The position numbers and the translations under genes were made by a program. Under the pieces are notes generated by a model. The model saw only the letters and a program-made list of their open reading frames with translations, ran no database searches and was not told where the DNA came from. From an uncultured bacterium (GTDB lineage: Bacteria; Margulisbacteria; WOR-1; CAVSGV01), in the NCBI GenBank assembly GCA_963768305.1, contig CAVYHE010000008.1, positions 96,001-160,000 on the forward strand: a stretch of DNA of 64,000 nt. The letters run 5' to 3'. How positions within the stretch are numbered: the stretch's first letter is position 1; every line of letters begins with the position of its first letter. Shown here piece by piece: positions 1 to 12,735 of this stretch.

Positions 1-254
1 CGAACGTTGAATTCGTCCAGGTAATAAGCCCGAGAGAGGCCATAGTCAAGGTCTGGGAAAGAGGCGCGGGAGAAACTCTGGCATGCGGAACAGGCGCTTG
101 CGCTTCGGCTGTCGCCGGCAACACGCTCGGGAAGCTTGAAAAAGACGTCCTTATAAGGCTTCCCGGAGGCAACCTGGACATCGAGTGGCAGGAAGACAAG
201 CATGTGATACTGCGCGGCCCGGCCGAGACCGTTTATGAAGGGACGATACAATGA
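1..254 (+). CDS. dapF: Diaminopimelate epimerase, 3' part (truncated by window edge)
   Basis: Manual translation from nt 3 gives NVEFVQV...VWERGAGETLACGTGACA...[12 protein letters not shown], the DapF C-terminal signature. Confidence 0.95.
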   Translation, partial: NVEFVQVISPREAIVKVWERGAGETLACGTGACASAVAGNTLGKLEKDVLIRLPGGNLDIEWQEDKHVILRGPAETVYEGTIQ

Positions 255-1425
255 AAAAAGCGAACAGGATATTGAACGTTCCGCCTTATTTGTTCGCGGA
301 GATCGAAAAGAAAAGGAATGACCTGATCTCGCGGGGAGTGAAGCTGATAGACCTCAGCATCGGCGATCCCGATATGCCCACGCCAAAAAGGATACTTAAG
401 GCGGTTCCATAAGGCCGTGGACGACCCGAAAAACCACAATTATCCTCCTTATGAAGGCACAAAAGAATTCAGGGCCGCGGTCGCGCCAATGGTACAAGAA
501 AAGGTTCAATGTCGACCTTGATCCCGAAAAAGAAGTGCTTTCCCTTATCGGTTCCAAGGAAGGGATAGCGCATGCCTTTTTCGCCTTTATCGATCCTGGC
601 GATTACGCGCTTGGTCCCGGACCCCGGATATCCCGTATATAATGTAGCGACGATCTTGGCCGGCGGCATCCCTTACCCGGTGCCCCTTCTAAAATCAAAC
701 GGATTTCTTCCCGACCTGGATTCGATAGACAAGAATATCGTCAAAAAGTCAAAGCTTTTGTTCATCAATTATCCGAACAATCCCACTTCTGCCGTGGCCG
801 GAAAGGATTTCCTTAAGGATGCCGTGACTTTCTGCAAAAAGAACGATCTTCTTCTCTGCTCCGACCTCGCTTATTCCGAGGTTTCTTTTGACGGTTACAG
901 GGCAATGAGCGTCCTGGAGATCCCGGGCGCGAAGGATAGTGGCCATTGAATTCCATTCTCTTTCAAAAACATACAACATGACCGGCTGGAGGATAGGAAT
1001 GGCGGTAGGTTCCAGCTACGCTATTTCCGCGCTGTCCTTGATCAAAACTAATATTGATTCCGGCATTTTCAAGGCCATACAGGCCGCCGGGATAGAAGCT
1101 CTGAAAGGTCCGCAAAAAGAGATCGATGAAATGAACAGGATATATGCCGAACGAAGGAACATCCTTATTGACGGGCTTAATTCCCTGGGATGGGACATTG
1201 AATATCCGAAGGCGACGTTCTATGTCTGGGCGCCTGTTCCGCCGTCATTTACTTCCGAGAAATTCACCGCTCATCTTCTTGAAAAGGCGGGCGTGCTGGT
1301 GGTCCCGGGTTCGGGCTACGGAAAATTCGGCGAAGGATATTTCAGGGTCTCCATCACCGTCCGACAAGAATAAGATAAAGGAAGCTGTCTCCCGCATGAA
1401 AAAAGAAGGCATCTTCTATAAATGA
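251..1425 (+). CDS. dapL: LL-diaminopimelate aminotransferase (class I/II PLP aminotransferase), split by frameshifts
   Basis: [48 protein letters not shown] and [17 protein letters not shown] are spread over ORFs 451, 572, 939 and 1144. The ATG overlaps the dapF stop. Confidence 0.85.
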
Positions 1426-2262
1426 AGCTTTTGACCGCCAAATTCCTCGGGTTTTGCACCGGAGTGAACCGCGCGTACAACCTGGCGATAAAGACCGCTA
1501 GATCCGGAGAACCCGTTTACATTCTCGGTTATCTCGTCCATAACCAGAAAGTGATCGATGAACTGAGATCAAAAGGCGTACAGACCATAAAAGACTTGAA
1601 AGAACTCCCGAAAGGCGCAACAGGATATCTGATAATCAGCGCGCACGGTCTGCCTCCGGCCATGTATGAAAAAGCAGCAAAGACCGGACTGAAATTGATC
1701 GATACGACCTGCGTATGGGTAAAGAAACCTCAATCCCTCGCGAAACAGCTTGTCGAAGAAGGATATCATTTGATAATCGTCGGCGACAAAAATCATGCTG
1801 AAGTTGCGGGAATAAAAGGATTTTCGAACGATAAGGCGCAGGTATTAGAGAATATCAAAGACGTAAAAAAGGTCGGATTCCACGAAAAAATGGCAGTGAT
1901 AGCACAAACGACCCAGTCGAGCAGGAATTTTGACGAGGTCGTGAACGCGCTCGCTTCCAAGACCAATGAGCTTAAAGTCTTCAATACCATCTGCGAAGCT
2001 ACCGTTAAAATGCAGAGAGCTGCGGTGGATGTGGCCAAAAGATCGGAAATAATGCTCGTCATAGGCGACAAGAAGAGCGCGAATACCAGAAGATTGAAGG
2101 AGCTCTGCGAAGGAACGGGCGCGAAAACATATCCAAATAGAATCCGCCGCGGACCTGGACCTGAACTTGCTCAAAGGTTTTGATATCATAGGGCTTACTG
2201 CAGGCGCTTCCACGCCCGCGCAGGTCATAGAAGAAGTTAAAAGAAAACTGGAGGGAAAATGA
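1422..2262 (+). CDS. ispH: 4-hydroxy-3-methylbut-2-enyl diphosphate reductase; frameshift near 2135
   Basis: GFCTGVNRA, LVHN, SAHG, DTTC, QTT, NTICEAT and KSANT motifs; GLTAGASTP continues in another frame to TGA at 2260-2262. Confidence 0.93.
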
Positions 2263-3818
2263 AAAGATCTCTTGTTGTTGTAATAATATCGCTGTTCCTT
2301 CTGGCCTCCGCTTCCTATGCGTCCACGCTTAACAGGATCACGCGCGAAGAAACAAAGGACAGGCTGCAGCTTATCCTTGACATCAGCGGGGAAGCTAAAT
2401 ATGTAGTAAGCAGAGGGAATTCTTATGCCGTGATCTCTATCCCGGGCCTCAACCCCCTGCCGTCCATCCCTAAAAGAATAAAAAGCAAAATACTGGAAAG
2501 CATCAAGATCGGGAAGAATAACGGCATCTGCGGGATAACGGCGCACTTCAAATACCTCACATCCCTCAACGTTTCCACTATAAAAAACCCTCACGTGATG
2601 ATAATTGAATTCCGCAAGCTTTCGAAAATGAAGGTTCCACAGATCAATGCACCCGAGATCGAGATTACCGCAACGGCGGAACCGGTTTCAACCACGGAAA
2701 TCGTCGTGACATCTGATGAAGTAACGGGTCTTAGGTATGCAAAGATGTCCAAAGACACCGAAGAAGGCCCCGTGACGGTAAACGCGCTCATAGCTGACCA
2801 GAAACTTCTGAATGTTTATCCTTTTCTCGCCCATAAAAAAGCCGAGCCGCCGAGCTTGCTCGGGATATTTGGTTCGCTTTTTACTTTCTGGGGCCAGGAA
2901 GAACAGACAAAATACATAAAGGACAGGGTAAGCGACATGGCAGCATGAAACAAAAGCGATGGCCGGTAGTGAACGGCACATTCTTCGGCTGCGCAGGAGA
3001 GCCTCTCGGCATCCTTATGATCAACGGAGAGCTGGTTTCATATTCCATACTTGACAGGACCGCGCTTATCATCGACAGCAATAACCGTTGTTATATAGAC
3101 AATGTTTCCCTGTCGGGCGAATCCCAGATAGAAGGAAGGACCATTCAGATCTCCGGGGTGAACAGGAAGCGGGGCACGGGAGAAGCCATAGTGTACACGC
3201 CAAAATACGGCATCCAGACGGATGAAGATACGCCCGGCATCGTCCTTTCCGTGTCAAATGACGAGGTGAAGGACATTTGCAGGGCGCACGCAAGGATACC
3301 TGAAGACGGATATGTGCTGTCCCTTGATCCCGAATTACTGGGATGATCTGGGAGACAAGATACATATCGGTAGCAGGATCACCACAAAAATGAAATTGAT
3401 CCCATTGTCCGGCCTCTCAAATTTGGATATAAAGCATGTGATAGGCGGTGGGCCTAGGCTGCTTAAATCAGGAGAGATCTACATATCAAAGAACAGCGAA
3501 CAGTTCAAGACCGATATAGCGAAAAGCAGGGCGGCAAGGACCGCGGTGGGGATAAACAGCGAAGGCGATCTTGTTTTTGCAGCGGTTGATAAATGCTCTG
3601 AAAGCCCCTCCCACGCAAAAAGTGCCGGCGTAACACTGGAAGAACTGGCTGTGATAATGAAGGGCCTTGGATGCGTGGATGCAATGAACCTGGACGGCGG
3701 CAGCTCCTCCACTATGGTCCTTAATGACGCAGTGATAAATGTCCCCTCCAGGAGGAGCAGAAATACCCGTGAGCAACGGGATATTAATTGGAAAGTAGCT
3801 GCTCGAAATGAGGCTTAA
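2259..3818 (+). CDS. Exported phosphodiester glycosidase (NAGPA-like) family protein, frameshifted
   Basis: N-terminal signal peptide; VNGTFF, GGGPRLL, ARTAVG and AMNLDGGSS motifs across ORFs 2259, 2945 and 3312. The 3' end is approximate. Confidence 0.8.
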
Positions 3819-4071
3819 ACTCCTCTGAAACCGGGACTTTCCCGTCCCATCTCGCGATGACATGGCCGTCTTTTTCAATGATGGAAGTGGGTATCTTCCC
3901 GACGCTCAGGAAAGCCCCTTCGGCAAGCCCGTCCACTGTCTCCATGTCATAGAAAGACAGCTCCACTTTGTCCGTTATCTTCCACAGGTTCAGGAAGATC
4001 TCGAACTTCTTCATCGTGGTCTTGCAGAACTCGCATCCCGGTTTGCCGAAAACCTTGACCTTCATTTTCAT
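3784..4071 (-). CDS. Thioredoxin/glutaredoxin-like (NrdH-like) redoxin
   Basis: KVFGKPGCEFC (CxxC) and a cis-Pro-like KIPT motif; ATGA overlap with the nrdD stop. Confidence 0.8.
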   Translation of the reverse strand: MKMKVKVFGKPGCEFCKTTMKKFEIFLNLWKITDKVELSFYDMETVDGLAEGAFLSVGKIPTSIIEKDGHVIARWDGKVPVSEEFKPHFEQLLSN

Positions 4072-6219
4072 TCCCCGCTTTCCTTGTTGAAATATTCCCG
4101 GTTCTTATACCTGTCCGCCAGCTCTCCGAGCTTTCCCTTGTTCCAGCCGGATATCTTTGAAAAATATCCGGTTATCCTGGTCATGCATTCTATCTCTTCA
4201 CTGCCGCAGTAAGAGCACTTTTCCTTTATTCCCCTGACCGTTTTCCCGCAGGAATTGCAGGTTGTGAACTCGGGAGAAAAAGCTATCTGGCTGTTGGACG
4301 AATTCCTGAACGTCTTGACCACGAAACTTCGAGATGGACTGCGCCGAGGGCCTGGCCTCGCCCAGCCACACGTGAGTGAGCGCGCCGGCATCGATCAGCG
4401 GATGGAAAAGCCCTTCTTTTACCACTCTATCGATGGGATTCATCGCCTGCGAAACATTAAAATAAGTGGAATTGGTATAATAAATATTGTTAAGTTCCGC
4501 GTTGCCTTTTACAACTTTCGCGGCCGCTTCCGGATAATGCTTCATGTCCAGCTTCGCGAACCTGTAGGCGGTGGATTCCGCCGGCGTCTGCTCCAGGACG
4601 AAATGCATGTTATGTGCTTTGGAAAATTCTTCGCATTTCAGCTTCATGAACGCGATCACCTTCATGCCGAACTTCACGCTCTCATCGGTTTCATGCAGCT
4701 CCTGCCCCGTATGGAACTGCACAAGCTCGTTAAGCCCCAGCATTCCTATGAGGTGCGTCACCCTTTTCAGCCTGAGATACGGCTCCCCGTCTTTTTTCAT
4801 GGCCAGAAGCGAAAGAGGCCCGTCGTTGCCAAGGCTTAAAAGCTCTTCGACAAAAGCCCTTTTCTGCTTATGGGCAAGAACGGCAAGTTCCATCTGCTTT
4901 GTCAACTGCTCGAAAAGTTTTTCATCGGACTTATCCGATCGATACGCGGCCCGCGGAAGGTTAAGAGTAACGTTCTGGATGGCTGAGTAACGCATTTTCC
5001 ACGGTTCTTTTGCGTCATCCAGGTCGGACTGCTCCAGTTTGAACGACAGCCTGCAGCATTCGGATATCTTTGCCGTCTCTCCCCTGTCAAAAACGAAATA
5101 TGTATTCCCCTTTTCAGCGGCCACATCGGATATAAGGTCCAGGAATTTTTCATGGCCCTCCGTCTTGAAGAATTTTTCCGTGATATGGACCAGCGGTTTC
5201 GGGAAAAAATACGGCCTGCCCGCCCCGTCCCCTTCCAGATAGACCTCGAACAGCGCCTCCGAGAATGACTGCGCTTCTTTTTCATAATCCTTGTACTTCT
5301 TTCCGGTATATTGCCCGCCGCGGCCTATGGCCGGAACATCTTCAAAATGCTTCGGTATCTCATAATATATGTTAAGATCGGAGAACACGCCCTGCCCTCC
5401 GCGGGCAACGGCAATGTGCGAGAATTCCTCTATCAGCATCTTGGCAAGCTTCTTTACGTGCCCTCTGCCCAGCCCTTCCAGGTACGGAGCGATGAAAACA
5501 TTCACTGCATCCCAGCCGATGGCGCCGGCGAAATTCCCGTGGAGCGCGAATGAGAATTTCACGATCTGGGCTATGAGCGTATCCGCTTCTTCCGCCGGCG
5601 GAGCGATGAAATTCGCTTCAGGAAGCGAAAGCCCGAATTTCTTTATGAATTCTATCGACTGTCCGCTGCAGTACGGCCTGTCTATGAACCCGAGATCATG
5701 GATATGTATGTCGCCGACCATGTGCGCGTCCGCCACCGGCCCCGAAAAAACGCTCAGAAGCGCGAATTCCTTCTTGATGTTCTCGGAGAGGGTAAGGTTC
5801 GTCGCTTCGGGATTGTGGGGAGTGTTCGCGTTCTCCCTGTTCTTGTGGAAAATGATCTGCCTTACATCATATATAGGAACACCCAGTCGGGTATGCTTCT
5901 TCCGGGTCTCCTCCAGGCTGTATTCCAGAAGCTTCACGTCCACAAGCTCCCTGACAAGCGGCGCGGTGATGAAATCTATCGAGAGCTTCTTTACCTGCTT
6001 TTCCACTTCCAGCCCGATTATCTCCGCGAGCTCGCGCTTCACTCCGGTCTCTTTTATGAGGGCGTCCACTATCCTGCCCCTGTTCCACGCGACTATTTCA
6101 TCTGCGGATGTGCGGACGAACATGGAAAGATCGGTAGATTCTTTTTCCGCGGCGGCCGGATCCGCAAGGGCGATCCCGGCAGAGGCGCTCCTCATGTCCA
6201 CCAGTTCATTTCTAAGCAT
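4068..6219 (-). CDS. nrdD: Anaerobic (class III) ribonucleoside-triphosphate reductase, copy 2; frameshift near 4330
   Basis: ATP cone, IHIHDL, RPYCSG, RGGQ, ISECCRL, TPAES; Zn ribbon CNSC...CSYC and glycyl-radical loop RITGY in ORF 4068-4391. Confidence 0.93.
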
Positions 6220-8319
6220 TTTCGATCGGTTCCAGTGTAACTCTGTGCCTGTCCTTCAGTTCGCCGAGTTTCCCCTTGTTCCAGCCCGATATCTTCGAGA
6301 AATATCCCGTTATCCTGGTTATGCCTTCCACGTATGTTGAATTGCAGTACGGGCAGGTCTCTCTCAGTCCCCTCACTATCTTTCCGCAGTCGTTGCAGGA
6401 AGTGAATTCGGGCGAGAACGCTATCTGGCCGTTCTGGGAATTCTGGAAAGTTTTCACGACGAAATTCGCTATAGATGCGGGCGATGGCTTTGACTCCCCG
6501 AGCCAGACATGCGTCAGCGCTCCCGCGTCGATGAGCGGATGGAAAAGCCCTTCCTGCACCACTCTGTCCACCGGGTTCATGGTATTCGACACGTTAAAGT
6601 AAGTTGAATTTGTGTAATAAACTTCTCCCAGCGCCTGATTTCCTTTCACTACCTTCGCCGCCTCGTCGCCGAAATGCTTAAGGTCAAGCTTCGCGAACCT
6701 GTACGCCGTCGATTCCGCGGGCGTCTGCTCCAGGACAAAATGCATGCCGTATTTCTTTGATAATTCCTCTGATTTTAATCTCATATGCGAGATTATCGTC
6801 AGCCCGAGCTTCAGCATGTCCTTGTTCTCGTGAAGTTCTTTGCCTTTTAATATCTGGACGACCTCGTTCAAGCCGATTATGCCCACAAGGTAGCTTACCC
6901 TTTGCATTCTCAGGTACGGCGATCCGTCCCGTTTCATGGCAAGCAGTGAGAGCGGGCCGCTGTTACCCAGCGCCAGCAGCTCTTCAATGAAGGTTTTCTT
7001 TTCTTTATGCGCCCTGGCCACTATCTCCAGCTTTTCATCCAGAAGCCTGAAAAAGGCCTCTGTATCGCCTTTCGCGCGGAACGCTATCCTCGGCAGGTTG
7101 ATCGTGACGTTCTGCAGGGCCGAATACCTCATTCTCCACGGCTCTTTCGCGTCATCCAGGTCCGTCTGCTCCAGCTTGAACGACAATCTGCAGCATTCGG
7201 ATATCTTCGCCGTCTCTCCCCTGTCGAACACGTAATACGTGTTGCCCATCAGGGTGGAAACTTCCGCGATGTGCTCCAGGAACCTCTCGTGGCCTTCGGT
7301 CTTGAAGAACTTTTCTGTCATGTGAACAAGCGGCTTCGGGAAGAAGAACGGCCTGCCTGAGCCGTCGCCTTCCTTGTAAACATCGAAAAGCGCCCACGCG
7401 AACTGCTGGGATTCTTTCAGATAGTCCGAATATTTCTTTCCCGTGTACTGCCCTCCGGGGCCGATAGCGGGAACATTTTCAAAGTGTTTCGGCATCTCCC
7501 AGTAAATATTTATGTCGGAGAATATCGCCTGCCCGCCGCGCGCCACGGCCTGCTGCGAGTATTCATATATCATCATCTGAGCGATCTGCTTGATATCTTT
7601 TTCTGACATGCCGACAAGGAACGGCGCGAAGAAAATATTTACCGCGTCCCATCCTATGGCTCCGGCGAACTGTCCCTGCAGCGCGGCTGAAAATTTCACC
7701 ACCTGCGCCAGCAGGACATCCGCATGCTTCGCGGGCCTTGCGTTGGATAATGAATTCGGAAGATCAAGCCCGAATTTTTTTACGTATTCGATCGACTGTC
7801 CGCTGCAATACGGCCTGTCGACAAAACCGAGGTCATGAAGGTGGATATCGCCTATCATGTGCGCGTCCGCGATGTCCTGGGAGAAAACATGGAGAAGCGC
7901 GAATTCTTTCTTTATGTTCTCCGCAAGAGTAAGGTTGGTCGCTTCAGGCCCGTGGGGACGTTGGCGTTCTCTCTGTTGCGGTTGAAAATAATATTTTTGA
8001 CATCATATAGCGGTGCGCCCAATCGCTGTGTGTTTTCTTCTGGCGTCTTCCAGTCCGTATTCCAGAAGCTTCACGTCCACAAGTTCTCTGATAAGCGGGG
8101 AGGTTATTATTTCAATGCTGAGGGATTTTATCTGTTTTTCAACTTCCACTCCGATTATGTTCGCCATTTCCGGCGCGACACCCGTTTCTTTTATCAGTGC
8201 CTCCACTATTTTTGATCTGTCCCATCTTCACATGTCATCGGAAGAAGTCCTTACAAAAAGGGCCAGGTCGGTTGAATCTATTTTTTCCACCGTTTTTCCG
8301 CGGTCGCTTGAGGGTTCAT
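6212..8319 (-). CDS. nrdD: Anaerobic (class III) ribonucleoside-triphosphate reductase, copy 1; 5' part frameshifted
   Basis: ATG at 8319 after SD AAGGAG; ATP cone in ORF 8003-8206; IHLHDL, RPYCSG, ISECCRL, TPAES, CNDC...CPYC and RITGY. Confidence 0.93.
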
Positions 8320-8342
8320 TTTTTTCTCCTTTCTTTTACTAT

Positions 8343-8796
8343 TTACGAAACCGGCATTGACTTCACTTCATCGACAAAATCCTTCACATCCTCGAACTGC
8401 CTGTAAACGGAAGCGAACCTTACATATCCACTTTATCTATTGAGTGCAAACGATCTATGACAAGTTCGCCGATATCTTTTGTCGGCACTTCTCCCTGATA
8501 ATGCGAATGCAAATGCTTTTCTATTTCATCGACAATGCTCATCCACTATCTTCATCGATACAGGTCTTTTTTCCAGCGCCTTCACGATCCCCGAAACTAT
8601 TTTTTCGCGGTTGTACTGTTCGCGCCTTCCGTCCCTTTTTACCACCATCAAGTTCCACGCCTTCCACTCTTTCATAAGATGTATATCTTTTTCCGCACTT
8701 GAGGCATTCTCTTCTTCTTCTTATGGCGGTATCGTCAAGCGTGGCGCGCGACTCAATGACTTTATCTTCCATAAATCCGCAGAACGGGCATTTCAT
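8343..8796 (-). CDS. nrdR: Transcriptional repressor NrdR, frameshifted
   Basis: MKCPFCG...[19 protein letters not shown]-terminal [13 protein letters not shown] in another frame. Confidence 0.93.
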
Positions 8797-8821
8797 AACG
8801 AAACTCCTTATAGACCCTTAC

Positions 8822-8873
8822 ACTCCATATCTAGAGGTAAGGGGGAGTGTAGCACGCTATATATAGCTGTCAA
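8822..8873 (-). promoter_or_regulatory. Tandem NrdR boxes overlapping the sigma-70 promoter of nrdR-nrdD-nrdD
   Basis: ACTCCATATCTAGAGG (8822-8837) and ACGCTATATATAGCTG (8854-8869) match acaCwAtATaTwGtgt and lie 32 bp apart. Minus-strand TTGACA (8868-8873)-N16-TACACT (8846-8851). Confidence 0.85.
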
Positions 8874-8893
8874 GCGGAATTTTTAAGAAAATT

Positions 8894-9091
<198 letters not shown>

Positions 9092-9134
9092 TTAAAACAG
9101 GGATTATTTTATCAGGAAAAAATAATTAAGACGG

Positions 9135-10077
9135 TCAACTGGGCAGGATTTCCCCCGCTTTTATATTGCGCCCCAAAGCGAACTGGTACGCGGACATCGC
9201 TTTCCCGGATTCCGGCTGGACCCTTTTCACCAGCAGTTCGCCGTCGCAAGAGCCGACAATAAAGCCTTCGTTCTTGACGATAGTGCTGATCTGTCCCGCA
9301 GGGCATTTGTTCCCGCCCATGTCGAATTCCTCAGCTTCAATGATCTTCAGTGTTTTCCCTTTATGATATGTAAACGCTCCCGGCCAGGGATTAAGCGCGC
9401 GGACCTTATCAAGGATCTCATTAGCCGGCTTTTTCCAGTCGATAATTCCGTCCTCTTTTTTCAGGATGGCGGCGTAAGTCGCCTGCTTTTCATCCTGCTT
9501 TATGAATTGGGCTCTCCCCTTTTCTATCAGATCCACCGCCTCGACTAATAAGCTCCGAGCCGGCATCAAATAATTTGATGGTCAGGGAATGAGCGTTATC
9601 ATCCGGATGGATCTGAACTTTTTTCTGGAGAATGATGTCGCCGGTGTCGAGAGCTTCGAAAACTTTCTGGATAGTTATCCCGGTTTCTTTCTCCCCGTTC
9701 AATATCGCCCATTGTATCGGCGCGGCACCGCGGTATTTCGGGCAGAAGCGACGCGTGGACGTTTATCGAGCCGTATTTCGGGAAGTCGATGATCTCCTTC
9801 GGAAGTATCTTCCCGTACGCGGCAACAACTATCAGGTCCGGGCGATATCTTTCTGACAAGGTCGATCGCTGCCTTATCTTTTATCTTTTCACGGCTGATG
9901 AACGGGAATATTATTTTTTTGCGCCAGCTCTTTCACCGGCGACGCGGTGATGCTCAATCCTCTCCCTTTCGGGCGGTCAGGCTGTGTTACAACTGCAATG
10001 ACTTGGTGGCTGGAGTTGATCAAAGCTTCCAAGCATTTCGCCGCCGGCTCCGGCGTCCCCATGAATAATATTTTCAA
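9135..10077 (-). CDS. fmt: Methionyl-tRNA formyltransferase, frameshifted
   Basis: [46 protein letters not shown] and RALNPWPGA in successive frames. Confidence 0.93.
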
Positions 10078-10583
10078 ATTGCCTCGTCTTTCGGCGTCGT
10101 CGAGTTGCCGTGGCTGTCTTTCGGAAGATAAATTATCTGGTTCGGGTCTTTTACCCTGTCAACGAACAACTTGCCGTCCAGGTGATCGATTTCATGCTGA
10201 AATACTGTCGCAAGAAGACCCTGTGCCTGTATCTCTATCTGCTTCCCTTTCAGGTCCATACCTTTCACAACAACGGATTCCGCTCTTTCGACAGGCGCTT
10301 CCAGCCCCGGCAAACTGAGGCACCCCTCAACAAATGATTGCTTTCCGCTTTTCTTGATGATTTTCGGATTGATGATCACATGCAGGCCGTCCCCGATGTC
10401 GGCAATGATCAGGCGGATAAGCTCGCCTACCTGCGGCGCGGCAAGCCCCACGCCTGGAGCAGCCCGCAGGGTTTCTTCCATGTTCTCCACAAGTTCACTG
10501 ATCTCTTTGGTGATCTTGGCGACCGGCTTCGATGTCTTGCGAAGGATCGGGTTTTGATTTGTTAATATCTCGAGAATTGCCAT
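10074..10583 (-). CDS. def: Peptide deformylase
   Basis: [17 protein letters not shown] and QHEIDHLDG; own ATG at 10583 with SD AGGAGA. Confidence 0.95.
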   Translation of the reverse strand: MAILEILTNQNPILRKTSKPVAKITKEISELVENMEETLRAAPGVGLAAPQVGELIRLIIADIGDGLHVIINPKIIKKSGKQSFVEGCLSLPGLEAPVERAESVVVKGMDLKGKQIEIQAQGLLATVFQHEIDHLDGKLFVDRVKDPNQIIYLPKDSHGNSTTPKDEAI

Positions 10584-12643
10584 TTTATCTCCTACTAACA
10601 TGTTGTACGGGTCTATATCCACGCTTACCCTGACCCCGCCCAATTTTACAATATTTCCGGCGCTTTCAACAACCGCTTTCCTCATTTCATCCAGGCCGGG
10701 GCCTTTTACAATGAGGTGATAGCGGTAATTATTTTTAAGTTTTTCTATGGGCGCTTTTGCCGGGCCGAGAACTTCGTTGGCGCCTGACAATCTTTTTCTT
10801 ATCATTTTTGCCGTCTCGCCGGCGACCTGCTCGGCTTTCTTTTCATTTTCGCCTGACACAACTACGGCAATAAGGCTTCCGAACGGCGGATACCCCAGCT
10901 CTTTCCTTGATTGGATCTCTTTTTCATAGAAGCCGTCATAATCATGCTTTGACGAGAACCTGATGGCGTAATTTTCGGGATCGTAAGTTTGGACCATTAC
11001 TTCACCGGCAAGTTTGTGCCTCCCCGTCCTTCCCGCCACCTGCATTATCAGCTGGAAAGTGTGCTCCGCCGCCCTGAAGTCGGGAATGTTAAGCCCGATG
11101 TCCGCCGCGACCACTCCCACAAGCGTGACGCTCCCGATATCCAGCCCTTTCGTCACCATCTGGGTCCCGATAAGGACGTCGCGCGCTGCCCGAGATGAAC
11201 GACCTGATTATGTTCTCATAAGAGCCTTTTTTTGTTACGGTGTCGCTGTCCAGCCGCAGTATCCGCGCGGAAGGATAAATACGGGCGACTTCCTGCTCTA
11301 TCCTCTGGGTTCCCCCGCCGAAAAATTTGATCTGAGTGCTCTGGCATTTGGGGCATATCACGGGCGCTTCGGAAGAGAAGCCGCAGCGGTTGCATATCAG
11401 CTTCCTGTCGGTCATATAATATGTAAGCGAAACGGAGCACTTGGGGCATTGGATGGATGCGCCGCACGACCTGCACATGACGAAAGAGAAATATCCCCGG
11501 CGATTAATGAAAAGTATCGCCTGTTCTTTTTTCTGGAGCGTTGCTTTCAGCTTTTCGCTCAGCTTTCTGCTTAATACATTATAATTGCCGGCTTTCATCT
11601 CGGCCCTCATGTCCACTACCTCCACCGGCGGAAGCGGCCTGTCATCTATCCTTTTTGGCAGGGTCAAAAGTTTGTAATCCCCGTTTTTCGCGTGATAATA
11701 AGTTTCTATCGAGGGGGATGCGCTTCCCAGGACAACGACCGCGTTGGTGCTTTTCGCCAATGTGAACGCGACTTCTCTCGCGTGATATCTGGGATTCTGT
11801 TCCTGCTTGTAAGTATTCTCGTATTCTTCATCGATAACGATGAGCTTCAGGTCCTTGACCGGCATGAAAACCGCTGATCTGGTTCCCAAGACTATCTGTT
11901 TTTCTCCGCTCGCGACCTGTGTCCACGCAAGTTCGCGGTCTTTTTCGCGCATATCGCTGTAATAAACGGCTAGTTTGTCGCCGAAATGTTCTTGGAATCT
12001 TTCGATTATCTGCGGAGTCAAGCCGACTTCCGGAACAAGAATGATGGCTCCGCCGCCGGCATTGGCCACATGGTCCGCGGCTCTCAAATAAACCTCGGTC
12101 TTCCCCGATCCCGTGATCCCGTATAATAATGAAACGCTGAATTTTTTCTGGTCAATGTCGGTGGCGATCGACCTCATTGCTTCCTTTTGCTCCGGCGTTA
12201 ACGAGAATTTGTACGATTTTGATGTTGGGATTTGTGATTTACTTATAACTTTTAACTTTGAACTCTGAACTTCTTTGTAAAGCGGTTTATTTAGTTTCGC
12301 TTTCAAAGCCCTGGCTTCGATCTTGATCATCCCTGGCGGCATAACAGTTCGGAGAGCCGTCATGAAGAACGAGTTATAGTATTCCGCCATCCATTTCGCC
12401 AGCTTGACGGTATCGCGAGAGAACAAAGGATACGGGCTCAAGACGCTTTCGATGTCTTTAATGCCTTTAACGTCCGATGTTTCCACGAACCCGACGATGT
12501 ACCCCACCCTCTTTGCTTTGCCGAAAGGCGCAAGGACCTGCGAGCCGACCTGGGCAATATCTGACAGCTCGGCCGGTATCGAGTAATGGTATATCTTGTC
12601 CAGCCCCGGGGTTACTTTGGCGAGAACTGATCTCTGCGAACAT
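10584..12643 (-). CDS. priA: Primosomal protein N' (PriA helicase), frameshifted
   Basis: GITGSGKTEVY, DEE, YHAREVA, SASPS, Cys-rich CRSC..CPKC..CNRC..CPKC, QVAGRTGR and C-terminal DIDP. Confidence 0.93.
12241..12272. repeat. Heptamer tandem repeat inside priA
   Basis: ACTTATA ACTTTTA ACTTTGA ACTCTGA ACTT; encodes part of the low-complexity insert EVQSSKLKVISKSQIPTSKS. Confidence 0.7.
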
Positions 12644-12667
12644 ATCGGTTGATTTTAGCATATTTAA

Positions 12668-12695
12668 TGAAATTTCCCCGTCTATTTGCCGATAA
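12668..12695 (+). promoter_or_regulatory. Sigma-28-like promoter motif, copy 1
   Basis: TGAAA-N15-GCCGATAA, 40 nt upstream of the orphan ORF at 12736. Confidence 0.7.
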
Positions 12696-12735
12696 TGTAA
12701 TGATCATGTATTAGAAGATAATAAAAGGAGAAAAA

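Noticed and set aside
5369..6340. Long plus-strand ORFs opposite nrdD, and similar shadows such as 1845-2594 and most of 31569-32408
   Set aside because: They are antisense shadows of well-supported genes and have no motifs or initiation signals.
4068..8319. nrdD duplication as an assembly artefact
   Set aside because: The copies differ at many synonymous and non-synonymous sites, have distinct termini and overlap by a clean 8 nt.
10074..11159. Apparent in-frame PriA-peptide deformylase fusion
   Set aside because: def has its own SD and ATG. Removing one base at the junction (ATG TTA GTA G) restores a normal PriA ending, ML-stop. Given the indel rate this is probably an error, though reads are needed to exclude a real fusion.
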